The notes beneath the pieces were generated by a model. The model searched no databases. It had not been told where the DNA came from and was given only the letters and a program-made list of their open reading frames with translations. A DNA stretch of 64,000 nt from an uncultured candidate division Zixibacteria bacterium. Its GTDB lineage: Bacteria; Zixibacteria; MSB-5A5; GN15; FEB-12. Below are positions 1 to 10,955 of this stretch, piece after piece. Position 1 is the stretch's first letter; each line of letters starts with the position of its first letter. The position numbers and the translations under genes are program-made. The stretch spans positions 352,001 to 416,000 of the forward strand of contig CAWDXE010000001.1 of assembly GCA_963806185.1 (NCBI GenBank). Reading direction: 5' to 3'.

Positions 1-1
1 G

Positions 2-655
2 GGCGATGAATGGATGACAATATGCTTCTCGGCAGCCCTTACCCTCGTGCGCGTGCTGGCCGCCGTGGCCATCGGCACCCTTTGGGCGTTGCCGGCCGGT
101 CTGTTGATTGGACTCTCTCCCCGACTGTCGAGGGTGTTGCAGCCGGTCGTGCAGGTATTTGCCTCGTTTCCGGCCCCCATGCTTTTTCCTGCCGCCGTCG
201 CGGTCATGAGCGCCCTGCACGTACAACTCGGATGGGGGAGCATCGTCCTATTGCTTTTGGGTACACAGTGGTACATCCTGTTCAATGTTGTCGCCGGCGC
301 CATGGCGATCCCAAGTGATTTGCGCGAGACGGCACGAAGCTACCGGCTGACGCGATGGCAGAGACTGGTCCATCTGTACATACCGGCGATTTTCCCTCAT
401 CTGGTGACCGGCTGGGTGACGGCGGCGGGCGGCGGCTGGAACGCGAGCATTGTTGCTGAATTCGTGGCCTTCAAAGGAGCGGTGATTGAGACGACCGGAC
501 TGGGCGCGCTGATCAGCCGGGCCGCGGTGAGCGCCGACTTCCCGGTCCTCGCGGCAGCAATTTCAGTGATGGCCATACTGGTGGTTTCTTTCAACCGTAT
601 CGTGTGGCGACGACTGTATAACGCGGCCCAGGGTCGATTCACCATTGGCCGCTGA
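2..655 (+). CDS. NitT/TauT-family ABC transporter permease (5' truncated by window edge)
   Basis: Multi-pass hydrophobic ORF with an EAA-like loop (SDLRETARSYRL); open from base 2; directly upstream of an ABC ATPase. Confidence 0.85.
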   Translation, partial: GDEWMTICFSAALTLVRVLAAVAIGTLWALPAGLLIGLSPRLSRVLQPVVQVFASFPAPMLFPAAVAVMSALHVQLGWGSIVLLLLGTQWYILFNVVAGAMAIPSDLRETARSYRLTRWQRLVHLYIPAIFPHLVTGWVTAAGGGWNASIVAEFVAFKGAVIETTGLGALISRAAVSADFPVLAAAISVMAILVVSFNRIVWRRLYNAAQGRFTIGR

Positions 656-673
656 CGTGAGGAGATTGGTGAC

Positions 674-1990
674 GTGAACGAAACGGCGATCACAGGCAAC
701 GCCATCGAGACCTTGTGCGAGCTGCGCGGCGTCTCTCACGCGTATCATTTGCCCAACGGGCAAACCATGCAGGTGCTGGACAATATCGATCTGGCCGTCC
801 GCTCTAACGAGATCCTCGCCCTGCTTGGGCCATCCGGTTGCGGCAAATCGACCATCTTGCGCATCCTCGCGGGACTGATCCGCCCGAGTCGAGGCGAAGT
901 CCTCTATCGGGGGCAGATCATGACCGGTCTTAATCCTGGCCTGGCCATGGTCTTTCAGAGTTTCGCGCTCTATCCCTGGATGACGGTGCGCGAGAATATC
1001 GAAACCGTCCTCAAGGCCAAAGATCTGCCAAGCGCGGATAGGGAAGCACAAATTCAATTTGTCATCCGTATGGTCGGCCTCACTGGTTTCGAGGATACGT
1101 ATCCGCGGGAATTGTCCGGCGGCATGAAACAGCGTGTCGGCATTGCACGAGCACTTTCGGTCAATCCCGAGATTCTCTTCATGGATGAGCCGTTCAGTCA
1201 GGTCGACGCTCTGACGGCCGAGAGTCTGCGTGCGGAAGTCACCGATATCTGGGCGATGAAGGATCACCACTTGCGATCGATCCTGATGGTCAGCCATGAT
1301 ATCAAAGAAGTCGCCTACATGGCGGACCGGATCATCATTCTCGGCACCAAGCCGGGACGGGTGAAAACCGTGGTAGAAAACCCACTCCTCCGGCCGCGCG
1401 ACTATCGGTCACCCGAGTTCCTGCAACTGGTGGACAAGCTGCACGACTTCATTTCGGGCGTGGAGATGCCCGACCTGCCGTCAAACCTCCCCGAACCGGA
1501 AACGGTGGGCATTCAGCCGCTGCCTATTGCTCAGGCCATTGAAATCATCGGCTTGCTTGAGTATCTCGACGCGCGCGGCGGCAGGGATGATTTGTTCCGC
1601 ATTGCGGCCGACACCAATCGCCCCTTCGGGCGAATAATCTCGGTCGTGAAGGCGGCGGAGATGCTCAACTTCGTGGACACCCCGAGGCGATCAGTCATCA
1701 TTGAACCATTGGGCATCCAATTTGTCAGAGCCGGAGCCGCCGCTCGCACGGCCATCTGGCAGGCCCAGCTCATGAAGATTCTGCTTTTCCGTCGGGTCCG
1801 GGAGCGATTGGAGAAGTCGGAGAATCACGAGCTCGACCGCGACGACATAGTAGACATTTTCGTGCTCCACCTGCCGCAAGAAAATCACGAGGAGCAATTC
1901 GAAGCGTTTGTTGCCTGGGGACGGTTCGGGGGATTATTTTCGTATGATGAGGACGAGCGTCGGCTCCGCCTGCCGTCGGAAAATGTCTGA
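674..1990 (+). CDS. NitT/TauT-family ABC ATP-binding protein with C-terminal AAA-associated domain
   Basis: Walker A GPSGCGKS, signature LSGGMKQ, Walker B ILFMDEP; ~170-aa C-terminal extension; SD GAGGAG before GTG. Confidence 0.9.
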   Translation: MNETAITGNAIETLCELRGVSHAYHLPNGQTMQVLDNIDLAVRSNEILALLGPSGCGKSTILRILAGLIRPSRGEVLYRGQIMTGLNPGLAMVFQSFALYPWMTVRENIETVLKAKDLPSADREAQIQFVIRMVGLTGFEDTYPRELSGGMKQRVGIARALSVNPEILFMDEPFSQVDALTAESLRAEVTDIWAMKDHHLRSILMVSHDIKEVAYMADRIIILGTKPGRVKTVVENPLLRPRDYRSPEFLQLVDKLHDFISGVEMPDLPSNLPEPETVGIQPLPIAQAIEIIGLLEYLDARGGRDDLFRIAADTNRPFGRIISVVKAAEMLNFVDTPRRSVIIEPLGIQFVRAGAAARTAIWQAQLMKILLFRRVRERLEKSENHELDRDDIVDIFVLHLPQENHEEQFEAFVAWGRFGGLFSYDEDERRLRLPSENV

Positions 1991-1998
1991 TTGACGAT

Positions 1999-2913
1999 CT
2001 ACCAGCGCTTATACCGCCAGATCCATATCATGGTGAAGACGGACAGCAGAGCCAGACCCATGATGATCCAGAAGGCATAGGAATACTCGGACAGGGGGAT
2101 CCGTACGTTCATCGAGAACGCGCTGACCACCAGGGTCGGCACCATGATGCTGAGCATGATCAGGTTAAGCGTCTTCATCAACACGTTCAGATTATTGCCG
2201 ACGATTGACGCCCGGGCGTCCATGAGCGACGCCAGAATGTCGGAGTAGATCTTCGCCTGCTTGAGGCACTGGGCGTTTTCAATCATGGTGTCGTCGAGAA
2301 TCTCCAACTCATCGACACTGAATCCGATCTTCCCGGCGTGCATGCGGAGCTTCTCCAACAGGGCCTGGTTTGAATTCAGCGAATTGAGATAATACACGAG
2401 ACTCTTCTGCAACGCGAAGAGGTTGATCAGGTGCCGATTTTCCATCGATTTGTTGATCTTGTCCTGGAGATCGTCGGAAATACGCGCGATCACCTTGATG
2501 TGATCACGGAAATGCACGATCGAGCGGAAGATCATTTTCAGAATCAGGCCGGTAGGCGAGAAAATCCGATTGAATTGCACACCGTCAAACAGCGGCACAT
2601 CTTCGGAGACGACGATGATCAATTGCTCTTTGAACAAGAAGACGCCGGTCGACCCGACCTTGAACAAGAACTGATCCTGAACGGAGTAGTTCTTGGGACG
2701 CTTGAAAATGATCGCCATGTGCTCGGGTTCGAACTCCAGTCGTGACAGCTCGTCGGGGTCGAGCGCGGAGTTCAACGTGTGCTCATCGAGTTTCAGATCA
2801 TCGACCAGGTACCGCTTCTCGGATTCTTCCGGGTTGATGTAGATCGATACCTGACCTGGTCCGTCGGTCACCTGGATCAACTTCCGATCAGCAATCTGAA
2901 ATCGGCTCTGCAT
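1999..2913 (-). CDS. corA: CorA-family Mg2+/Co2+ transporter
   Basis: Soluble N-terminal domain, two C-terminal TM helices, GMN-like signature FSMNV. Confidence 0.85.
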   Translation of the reverse strand: MQSRFQIADRKLIQVTDGPGQVSIYINPEESEKRYLVDDLKLDEHTLNSALDPDELSRLEFEPEHMAIIFKRPKNYSVQDQFLFKVGSTGVFLFKEQLIIVVSEDVPLFDGVQFNRIFSPTGLILKMIFRSIVHFRDHIKVIARISDDLQDKINKSMENRHLINLFALQKSLVYYLNSLNSNQALLEKLRMHAGKIGFSVDELEILDDTMIENAQCLKQAKIYSDILASLMDARASIVGNNLNVLMKTLNLIMLSIMVPTLVVSAFSMNVRIPLSEYSYAFWIIMGLALLSVFTMIWIWRYKRW

Positions 2914-3031
2914 GATATATTCCCTTATTCACGCCGGCGGGCACTCACAGCCCGCCTTTCTCTAATACTAATCGGTCGATCGACCAAAGTAAACTACCTA
3001 ATTCCGATGGTGAATTGCATTCGTGAGAGAA

Positions 3032-3856
3032 TCACGTCAGTCTTATACCCCCCGACTCGGTGCAACTCAGAATGCCCTCTTTGACCAGGTTTTCAATGGC
3101 CTGGCGGATGTCGGCCTCAGGCCGGCCGAGTTTTCGGCCAAGCTGCTGTTGAGAAAGTCGCTCGCCGGCTACCAGGCGCCGCACTATTTCGCCTCGAATC
3201 TGCCGGAGCGATCCATCGAACCGGGAATGGCGCGAGACGGGCGGAAGATCTGCAATACGCCGGGGAAGCGCAAGGGCCGAGTAATCCATCAGGGCATTGT
3301 GCCAATCCCTTGATCGTTTGCGTGGCAGCAGTAGTTCGGCCAGCCGCTCGATGTCCGGCGCGGCGGTTTCTGCCGGCAAGCCGAACTCGATGAGAATGAC
3401 CCGGCGGATATTGGTGTCGACAGTCACCAGCGGAGCATTGTGGGCAAAGATCATGATCGCTTTGGCGGTATACGGACCGATACCCGGCAACTGCATCAGA
3501 GTCGCCGCATCACCGGGAAGTACTCCATTGTGCTTGCTGGCAACCTCCCGGGCCAATTTCCCCAGGAAAAGAGCACGTCGATTATATCCGAGCCCGCTCC
3601 ACAGCGCGAGCAATTCGCCATTAGAGGCTTTGGCCAGACTTCGCCAATCCGGCCACGTCGCCACCCATCGCTCCCAAAACGGCAGCACTCTGTCGACCTG
3701 CGTCTGCTGAAGCATGATTTCGGCAACGGCGATCTTGTATGGGTCGGTGGTGTCCCGGAAAGGAAGCTTGCGACCGTGCCGGCGGTAGAAACTAAGGATT
3801 TTCCGACGGAAGGCAGCAATCTGTGGTTTCGTGGGTGAAATCCTCTTACTCGGCAT
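3032..3856 (-). CDS. mutY: MutY-like A/G adenine glycosylase (HhH-GPD), lacking the Fe-S motif
   Basis: EIMLQQTQV, WSGLGY, HhH LPGIGPYTA, VDTNIRR; ATG at 3856 follows GGAG. Confidence 0.8.
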   Translation of the reverse strand: MPSKRISPTKPQIAAFRRKILSFYRRHGRKLPFRDTTDPYKIAVAEIMLQQTQVDRVLPFWERWVATWPDWRSLAKASNGELLALWSGLGYNRRALFLGKLAREVASKHNGVLPGDAATLMQLPGIGPYTAKAIMIFAHNAPLVTVDTNIRRVILIEFGLPAETAAPDIERLAELLLPRKRSRDWHNALMDYSALALPRRIADLPPVSRHSRFDGSLRQIRGEIVRRLVAGERLSQQQLGRKLGRPEADIRQAIENLVKEGILSCTESGGIRLT

Positions 3857-5252
3857 GGGCTCCACGCTCGCGGCTTTCGATTGACCAGGCGGCCGTCAGG
3901 GCAAAAAAGAGAGCCATCAGATACCCCTCCTGTCCCCAGGTCCACGCCCGAGTATAGAAGATAGTGATGGCGAAAATAAACATGGTGATGAACAACGCCG
4001 CTGAAACCTGGCTATCGGCAACCGTAAGCGAGCGACGAAAGAACTCACGCGCCAGTGTATATCCACGAAAAGTAAGCGCCAGCAGGGCGCCCAGACCGAG
4101 GATACCGGTTTCGGCCAGGTAGTGCAGGACGACGTTGTGCGCCGACATACCGCGGATGTAGTACCAGACCGGTTCAGCGCGAAGTTCAGGAATGATTTGA
4201 TCGATAATCCGATAATTGCCAATACCTATTCCAGTCAACGGATTTGTCAGGAAACCTAGCCAGGCGGCCTTCCAGAGAACTAAACGCAGAGCCACGGTTC
4301 CCTGAGGACGTTCGGCCGAGGCGACGAACTCTCCCACGCGGCCGAAAAACCCAAAGAAATAGGCGGCTACGGGGATGAAGGCCAGAAGGCCGACTATCAC
4401 GGTGATGGCAACCATGGTCTGGATCCGCAGCCCGGGAAGCCTGGTGCCTTCTCGCTGCAGCTTACGGCGTGCAAACAGCAGTAGGGCCGGCACGGCGATA
4501 ACGACGGTCAGCAGAGGCGCCCGCGATTGCGTGGCGAAGATCGCAAAGAGAATCAGCAACGCCGCCATCAGAAACCGGAACTGCTCTGCTTTTGACCGCG
4601 CCCAGATGCCGAAGGCGAGCGACATCGGGAGCGCCGTCAAGGACAGAATTTCGAACGCCAGCCAGGCGGGCCCGAACACTCGCTGCTTGCCCGCGGTAAG
4701 CGCAAACCAGACGCAGTTGACCACCGAGAGCACGACGACAAATCCAATGTAGAACAGCAGAACTCGCCGCACTCCCGTCTGGCGAACGACGACAAAAATC
4801 GATCGGAAAGCCAGGTAGACTACAACTATGCGCACCGACGGGACGACGGACATGGCCGGATCGTGGGCGAAGGCGGCCGAGACAAACGTCGCGCCGATCA
4901 AGAGAGCAAAAGGAATGTCCAGAGGTGTGAAGCACACCGTCGCGCGTACGTGGAGAAGGTAATCGAGCACCACCGCCGCCAACAGAAGCGCGAATGCAAA
5001 ATCGCAGGCCATGGGGACAAGGCTCCCCACGGTGAGCAGCCCGTAATACGACGCCAAGGAGAGTATCAACAGATAAAGACAACCCTCCGGAAACGTCACG
5101 ATCAGCACGGCCGGGATGGCCAGCACGGCCAGCGCCGGGATCGATTTTCCCAAGGCCAGCAGTGCAATAGCCGGCAGGAGCCAACAAATGATGGTCAGCC
5201 ATAGGGCCGAGCGGGTGGAAACTTGAGGCTGGGTTATCGTTCCTTGCACCAT
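3846..5252 (-). CDS. O-antigen ligase/Wzy-like membrane protein
   Basis: About 12 TM segments; TQSRA, R-LW-AW, P-TGIG-GN and AHN-L-ETG motifs; start placed at MVQGT (5252), since the longer ORF overlaps the kinase. Confidence 0.8.
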   Translation of the reverse strand: MVQGTITQPQVSTRSALWLTIICWLLPAIALLALGKSIPALAVLAIPAVLIVTFPEGCLYLLILSLASYYGLLTVGSLVPMACDFAFALLLAAVVLDYLLHVRATVCFTPLDIPFALLIGATFVSAAFAHDPAMSVVPSVRIVVVYLAFRSIFVVVRQTGVRRVLLFYIGFVVVLSVVNCVWFALTAGKQRVFGPAWLAFEILSLTALPMSLAFGIWARSKAEQFRFLMAALLILFAIFATQSRAPLLTVVIAVPALLLFARRKLQREGTRLPGLRIQTMVAITVIVGLLAFIPVAAYFFGFFGRVGEFVASAERPQGTVALRLVLWKAAWLGFLTNPLTGIGIGNYRIIDQIIPELRAEPVWYYIRGMSAHNVVLHYLAETGILGLGALLALTFRGYTLAREFFRRSLTVADSQVSAALFITMFIFAITIFYTRAWTWGQEGYLMALFFALTAAWSIESRERGAHAE

Positions 5253-5351
5253 GGGTATACCTGACTCCAAGTATACGCCCCGGGTTGGGTGAATCGCAAG
5301 GCTCGAGTCCGGATAGAGACCGGGTAAACCCACCTTTTTTTCCGCCCCCGA

Positions 5352-6308
5352 TTGCCGATACAGTGCAGGAACATTCTTTCGGAGACACTCGTGCAGCGTT
5401 ATCGCCACTATGAACTGACGGCTCTTCTGGGGGACGGCAAAACCGGTCGCACTTGGCAAGCCCTTGATACGGGATTTGAGAAGCCGGTGACGCTGAAGTT
5501 CCTGTCCCGTCCCTTGACTGAGTCCGCAAGTCAGTGGTTGGCGACCGTGTCCGATCTGGCCAATGGGTATCGCACCGGTCTGGCGCCTTTGTTTGGAATC
5601 GAGCAGGATGAAACCGAAACGGTCATTGTGCGCGGCTATATCGACGGCGAGTCGGTCAAAGCTTACTCGCAACGACGGATGTTGTCGTTCGACGAGTTCA
5701 TTGCCCTGGCGATCGCCATGGCGGAGACGGTCAAGAGTTGCCATGATGCCGGATTGATTCACGGCAATCTTACCGCCGACAATTTTATCGTCGCCGACGG
5801 CAATCGGGTATGGGTGACGGACGCCGCGTTGTGGCCGGACGATGCTGCGGAAAATCCTGCGGTCACGCTGGATCGCGACCTTGCCTATGCCGCTCCGGAA
5901 ATGCTCTCAGGCGAGCAACCTACGATATCGTCGGACCTCTATATGCTCGGAGTCGTGTACTATGAGTTACTCACGGGCCGTCTGCCATTTACTCTCGACG
6001 ACCGGCTATATCTGGTCGATTCTATTTTGCACGACGAGCCGAATTTCGAAAATGACGGCACCCTGCGTATGGCCGGCGAGGGCAGATTGATTATTCAGAA
6101 ACTGCTGGCCAAGAGACCGCAGGATCGGTTTTCCTCGACCGATGAATTGCTTGTCAATCTGGAGGCGACGAAACGCTTTCGCCATGGCGAGACGCGCGTC
6201 GATGCTTCAAACTCCGGACGATGGTCGGCCCGACAATACATTTTTGTCGCCGGAGTTGTCGCTCTACTGATTCTGTACTGGGTTATCTACGGCCGGTTCG
6301 TGAAGTAG
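5352..6308 (+). CDS. Hanks-type Ser/Thr kinase-like protein (probable pseudokinase) with C-terminal TM helix
   Basis: GxGxxG, VTLK, YAAPE and SDLY-LG present; HRD is replaced by HGN and DFG by DAA; start codon uncertain. Confidence 0.75.
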   Translation: MPIQCRNILSETLVQRYRHYELTALLGDGKTGRTWQALDTGFEKPVTLKFLSRPLTESASQWLATVSDLANGYRTGLAPLFGIEQDETETVIVRGYIDGESVKAYSQRRMLSFDEFIALAIAMAETVKSCHDAGLIHGNLTADNFIVADGNRVWVTDAALWPDDAAENPAVTLDRDLAYAAPEMLSGEQPTISSDLYMLGVVYYELLTGRLPFTLDDRLYLVDSILHDEPNFENDGTLRMAGEGRLIIQKLLAKRPQDRFSSTDELLVNLEATKRFRHGETRVDASNSGRWSARQYIFVAGVVALLILYWVIYGRFVK

Positions 6309-6329
6309 TTGCCGGACCACGCGCCGGCG

Positions 6330-7786
6330 TTAGTCATTTCTCAGCGCCTCAATCGGATCCACTCGGGCCGCCCTGGCGGCCGGATAGAGTCCGGCCAGGA
6401 GAGAGCCGGCCAACCCCACGGTCATCGCCGCGCCGACTAACCACCAGGGAAGGGCAAACAGATCAATCCCTTCGATTCCCTCCCGTGCCATATACGCCTG
6501 CCCAATGAAAGATGCCGCTCGACTGATGATCCACCCCAGTAGAATGCCGAACACCGATCCGGCAGACCAATGACAGCCGATTCCACCAAGAAGAGCAGGC
6601 GGATATCGCGTTGATCAGCACCGAGGGATTTGAGGATACCGATTTCCTTGCGGCGTTCCAGCACGGACATCACCAGGGTGTTTATGATGCCGAGCGAAGC
6701 CGTCACCAGCGCGATGATGCCAATCACCGCAAGAGCCAGATCAAAATAGAAGAAGAACTTCTGTATCTCTTCGAACTGATCGGCGAAACTAAATGACCGG
6801 TACCCCATCGCCTTGATGGAATCAGCCACAAGTCTCTGATCGGCCATGGGATCCAAGTCCAAGGTAATGTGGCCGTAGCTCTTGCCGCTGCCGTTCCCAC
6901 CGGTGCCCAGCAGTCGCCCCGACTGCAGCGCTGCCATGAGCGCCGTCGGGTCATCCAGCACGAGCCCACTGGTGAGGCGTTGAGCGGTGGCGATTGGCAC
7001 CAGAATCGGCGACATGTTGCGTTCCTGCGGCCCGGTGGCGAGAATAACGCCGCAGATCGTCAACGTATCGCTTACCAGGGCTCGGTTATTGAAGAATCCG
7101 CCCAGGAACCGGGACATCGCGTTGTTCAATTCGGTCCGCACGAGTTGGCGAGCGTAGTCGCCTTCAAGCAATGAATCGAAATCGATCTCTTTTACGCGCT
7201 GACGGATATACTTGCGATCGGGTGGCAGCACCTGGGCCAGTCCGCTGTCAACGCTCGACATGCGAACCTGCACCACGAGCTGACGCCCGACTGCTGAGTC
7301 AGCCTTGAGTCCGAATTTGTCCAGCAACCGGTGGTGACAATCGCTTCACGCGACGAGTCCCCGCGGATAGTCGAGCCGGACGTTATCCGAGAAAACCATT
7401 TCATCGCCAGAGCATCGCGAGAGACGGCCTGTGCCTGACTTGTCACCTGTGAGTCGCCAATGGTCACCTGGCCAGTGAAGGCATCAAACGGGTACGCCAG
7501 TCTCACACCCGGCAACGTGACAGCCGGCCCATGACCGCCGAATCGAGGATGGCCAGAGTGTCGGTTCGTTCCGCCTCCTTTTCTCGACGGGATAGACTTG
7601 CATGGTGTGAAAGAGCCCGAGCGCCTCGAACTGGTCAGTCACATACCGTTGATTGCCGGCGCCAAACGAGAGCATGGCAACAAATGTTCCGATGGCCACC
7701 ACCACTCCCGCCACCGTGAGAACGGTACGCAGTTTCATTCGGGTCAGATTCCCCGTCGAGATGGTGATGAGATCACGAAGCGTCAT
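6330..7786 (-). CDS. MacB/FtsX-like ABC permease, frameshifted in this assembly
   Basis: Homology runs across four ORF pieces (7484-7786, 7192-7515, 6437-7327, 6330-6554): LRTVLT N-terminus, ERRKEIGILKSLGA, YPAARAARVDPIEALR. Confidence 0.8.
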
Positions 7787-8490
7787 CGGTCCGTCCCGCC
7801 GGAGGATATCGACGTGTCGACAATCTGTCCGTAGTGCATGCGAATGACTCGGTGGGCATACTTGCCCGCAGTCTCAGGATTGTGTGTCACCATCAGTATG
7901 GTCAGACCTTCTCGGTTGAGCTGAGCCAGTAGCTCCGCAATTTGACGGGAGTTTTCCTCGTCGAGATTGCCGGTCGGCTCGTCGGCGAAGAGTATGTCCG
8001 GCGCTTTCACGAGGGCGCGCGCAACGGCCACGCGCTGCTGCTCGCCGCCGGAGAGATCAGCGGGGCGATGCGTCATTCGATCCGCCAGGCCGAGACGCTT
8101 CAGCATGACTGTGGCCTTACTGCGCCGATCGACGCGCGGAAGGCCATTGAAATAAAGCGCCATTTCCACGTTCTCAATCGCTGTGCGGTGTGAGAGCAGG
8201 TTGAACGACTGAAACACCATCCCTACACTGGCCGCACGGTAGGCCGATAGCTCTCTCTGGGAGAAGGTGCCGAGGCGGGACCCCTTGAAATTGATTTCGC
8301 CTGAGGTTGGTGTGTCCAGTCCCGCCAGCAGATTAAGCAGCGTGGTCTTTCCCGAGCCGGACGAACCAACGATGGCCACAAACTCACCCTGCTGTACCGC
8401 CAATTCCACTTGATCGACGGCACGGATAGTTTGAGGTCCGCGACGGTAGTGGCGGCAAAGGGCCTGCGTACTTAAGAACTGAGTTGCCAT
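7783..8490 (-). CDS. MacB/LolD-like ABC ATP-binding protein
   Basis: [24 protein letters not shown]; overlaps the permease start. Confidence 0.9.
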   Translation of the reverse strand: MATQFLSTQALCRHYRRGPQTIRAVDQVELAVQQGEFVAIVGSSGSGKTTLLNLLAGLDTPTSGEINFKGSRLGTFSQRELSAYRAASVGMVFQSFNLLSHRTAIENVEMALYFNGLPRVDRRSKATVMLKRLGLADRMTHRPADLSGGEQQRVAVARALVKAPDILFADEPTGNLDEENSRQIAELLAQLNREGLTILMVTHNPETAGKYAHRVIRMHYGQIVDTSISSGGTDR

Positions 8491-8742
8491 AGCGAATAGA
8501 AGAATCTACGCAATAATACGCCGAATGTTTAGCTTCTTATCCGGCCGCACACAGAATCTCCTTCCAGAGCATCTCGTCCGCGTCCGCTTAATTGTCCCGT
8601 TTGATCGACCAGACATTGACCTGATTTCCAAACCCATTTCTTGTTGTATCGTATAAGGTTAAATCGATCGTCAGGAATATTGCGACCTTTTTAGCTTTAT
8701 TTCCACACCTCGATTCAACATCTTTCAATCGGGACAAAGGTC

Positions 8743-8793
8743 TTGACTTTGGAGGCTACTTTCATACTATGAACACTGTGAAAATGTTCACAA
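8743..8793 (+). promoter_or_regulatory. Sigma70-type promoter plus palindromic operator (Rex/CRP-like)
   Basis: TTGACT(8743)-16 bp-TACTAT(8765), then cTGTGAA-aatg-TTCACAA at 8776-8793. Confidence 0.65.
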
Positions 8794-8823
8794 TTATTCG
8801 CGCCCGAAAGCTGAGGTAGTACT

Positions 8824-10065
8824 GTGTCTGTCATTCGTCCCTTTCGCGGTCTTCGCGCTAAACCGGAACTGGCCCCCCAAGTCGCTTGTCCGCCCTACGA
8901 TGTCCTTGACACCAGGGAAGCCCGCGAATTAGCTCGCAATAACCCTATTTCCTACCTGCGAGTCTGCAAAGCCGAACTTGAATTTGATGACGGTACCGAC
9001 CCATACTCTGAGAAGGTCTACCAACGCGCCGCGGAAAATATCGCCAGATTCCGTAAAGAAGGTGTGCTTTTGCGCGACGAAAAGCCCTGTCTCTATCTCT
9101 ACCGCCAGACCATGAACGGCAAGGTTCAGACCGGCCTCGTCTGCCTGACATCAGTCGAGGAATACGATGCCGGCCGTATCAAGAAGCACGAACACACGCG
9201 CCCCGTCAAAGTCAACGATCGCGCCACCCTGAACATGATCACCGGAACTCAATCCGAACCGGTGTTTTCAACCTACGTCTACGACGCCGGTATTGACGGG
9301 ATTCTCAAGAGCGTCTCGTCAACCAAACCGCTGATTGATTTTTCAGACGATGGCGTGCGCCACGAGTTCTGGGTCATCGACAATCAGGTGACAATCAACG
9401 CCTTAGTACAGGGTTTTGCCCGTTTGCCGTTTCTCTACATTGCCGACGGTCACCATCGCAGCCAGGCCGCGTCAGAAACAGCGCGACGGTTCCGCGAAAA
9501 GAATCCGAATCACAACGGCACTGAGGTTTACAATTATTTTCTCAATGTCGTATTCCCCGAGCGCGAACTGCACATCATGCCCTACAACCGGGTTATCCGC
9601 GATCTCAATGGGATGACATTTGAGCAGATTCTGGAGAAGGCCCGACCCAAGTTCGATATCGAGAAGGCCTGCAGCATCGTCGAACCGAACAAACCACACC
9701 AGTTTGGACTGTATGCCGACCATACGTGGTACCGTCTTACGGCGAAACCTGGCTCTTTTGAAGAGAGTCATCCCACGAAGTCGATTGACGCCGCAATACT
9801 TGGAGATAACTTCATAGGCCCTATCCTCGACATCACTGACCCTCGCACCGACAAGCGGATTGATTTTGTGGGTGGTATTAGGGGCACAAAAGAGCTGGTG
9901 CGTCTGGTCGACTCGGGCGACTTCAAGCTCGCGTTTGCCCTGTATCCGACGTCAATTGACCAACTGCTTAAGGTGGCCGACGCCGGCGAAGTGATGCCGC
10001 CCAAGTCCACCTGGTTTGAACCAAAACTCAGAAGCGGGTTGATAGCCAACCTGCTCGTAGACTGA
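8824..10065 (+). CDS. DUF1015 family protein (ParB/Srx-like fold)
   Basis: PF-G-R, PPYDV, IKKHE-T, YIADGHHR, MPPKSTWFEPK motifs. Confidence 0.9.
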   Translation: MSVIRPFRGLRAKPELAPQVACPPYDVLDTREARELARNNPISYLRVCKAELEFDDGTDPYSEKVYQRAAENIARFRKEGVLLRDEKPCLYLYRQTMNGKVQTGLVCLTSVEEYDAGRIKKHEHTRPVKVNDRATLNMITGTQSEPVFSTYVYDAGIDGILKSVSSTKPLIDFSDDGVRHEFWVIDNQVTINALVQGFARLPFLYIADGHHRSQAASETARRFREKNPNHNGTEVYNYFLNVVFPERELHIMPYNRVIRDLNGMTFEQILEKARPKFDIEKACSIVEPNKPHQFGLYADHTWYRLTAKPGSFEESHPTKSIDAAILGDNFIGPILDITDPRTDKRIDFVGGIRGTKELVRLVDSGDFKLAFALYPTSIDQLLKVADAGEVMPPKSTWFEPKLRSGLIANLLVD

Positions 10066-10079
10066 TATAGAGGGAAACC

Positions 10080-10955
10080 ATGTTAATACTTATCTCTGAT
10101 TCCTTTAACGCGGCCTTGCCGAAGATACTCGCCCGACACGGCGAGGTGACTGACGACAAGTCTCGCCTGGGCGACGCAGAAGTTGTCCTGATTCGAAGCA
10201 AGACGAAAGTCACCAAGGAGTATATCGACTCCGCTCCAAAGCTGAAACTGGTCATTCGGGGCGGCGTCGGTCTGGACAATGTCGACGTGGAGTACGCTCG
10301 CACCAAAGGTATTCACGTCTTCAACACGGCCGAAGCTTCGACCGTCGCCGTGGCTGAATTGGCATTCGCGCTGATGATTGCGCTCGCCAACAGGATTGTT
10401 CCGGCCAACGAGGGAATGCAGAAAAATCAGTGGTTGAAAAAGGAACTCAAGCGGGGCGAATTGATGGGAAAGACGCTCGGCATCCTGGGCATGGGGCGGA
10501 TCGGGACCGCTCTGGCTGTTCGCGCCCGCGCTTTCCGCATGCGGATTCTCGGCTGGCACCCGGACGTCTATTTCTCTGATTTCGCCGACATCAATAACAA
10601 CCTGAGCGAGGTACTGGGTCAGTCCGACTTCATCTCCATGCACATGCCGCTGGTCGATTCAACGCGCGGGATGATCAACAAGTCTACGCTGGCGCAATGC
10701 AAGCGAGGCGCCTGTATGATCAACACGGGCCGAGGCCAGTGCGTAGTGGAACAAGACGTGGTCGACGCGCTCAAGAGCGGCCAGCTCGGCGGGTATGCGA
10801 CCGATGTCTGGAGCTCCGACCCGCCCAAAGATACGCCGCTGATCGGCGCCCCCAATACGATTCTGACGCCGCACTTCGGTGCTGAAACCGCTGAAAATAT
10901 GGATCGGATCGGTGAGGTAATCGACCGGATCCTTGAAGATTGGAGAAAGAAATGA
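10080..10955 (+). CDS. serA: D-3-phosphoglycerate dehydrogenase, short form without ACT domain
   Basis: GVGLDNVD, GMGRIG Rossmann motif, INTGRG, TPH; lies between DUF1015 and serC. Confidence 0.8.
   Translation: MLILISDSFNAALPKILARHGEVTDDKSRLGDAEVVLIRSKTKVTKEYIDSAPKLKLVIRGGVGLDNVDVEYARTKGIHVFNTAEASTVAVAELAFALMIALANRIVPANEGMQKNQWLKKELKRGELMGKTLGILGMGRIGTALAVRARAFRMRILGWHPDVYFSDFADINNNLSEVLGQSDFISMHMPLVDSTRGMINKSTLAQCKRGACMINTGRGQCVVEQDVVDALKSGQLGGYATDVWSSDPPKDTPLIGAPNTILTPHFGAETAENMDRIGEVIDRILEDWRKK

Noticed and set aside
5253..5762. N-terminal 170 aa of the 638-aa O-antigen ligase ORF
   Set aside because: It overlaps the kinase-like gene on the other strand; the hydrophobic protein and a promoter-like TATACT fit a start at 5252
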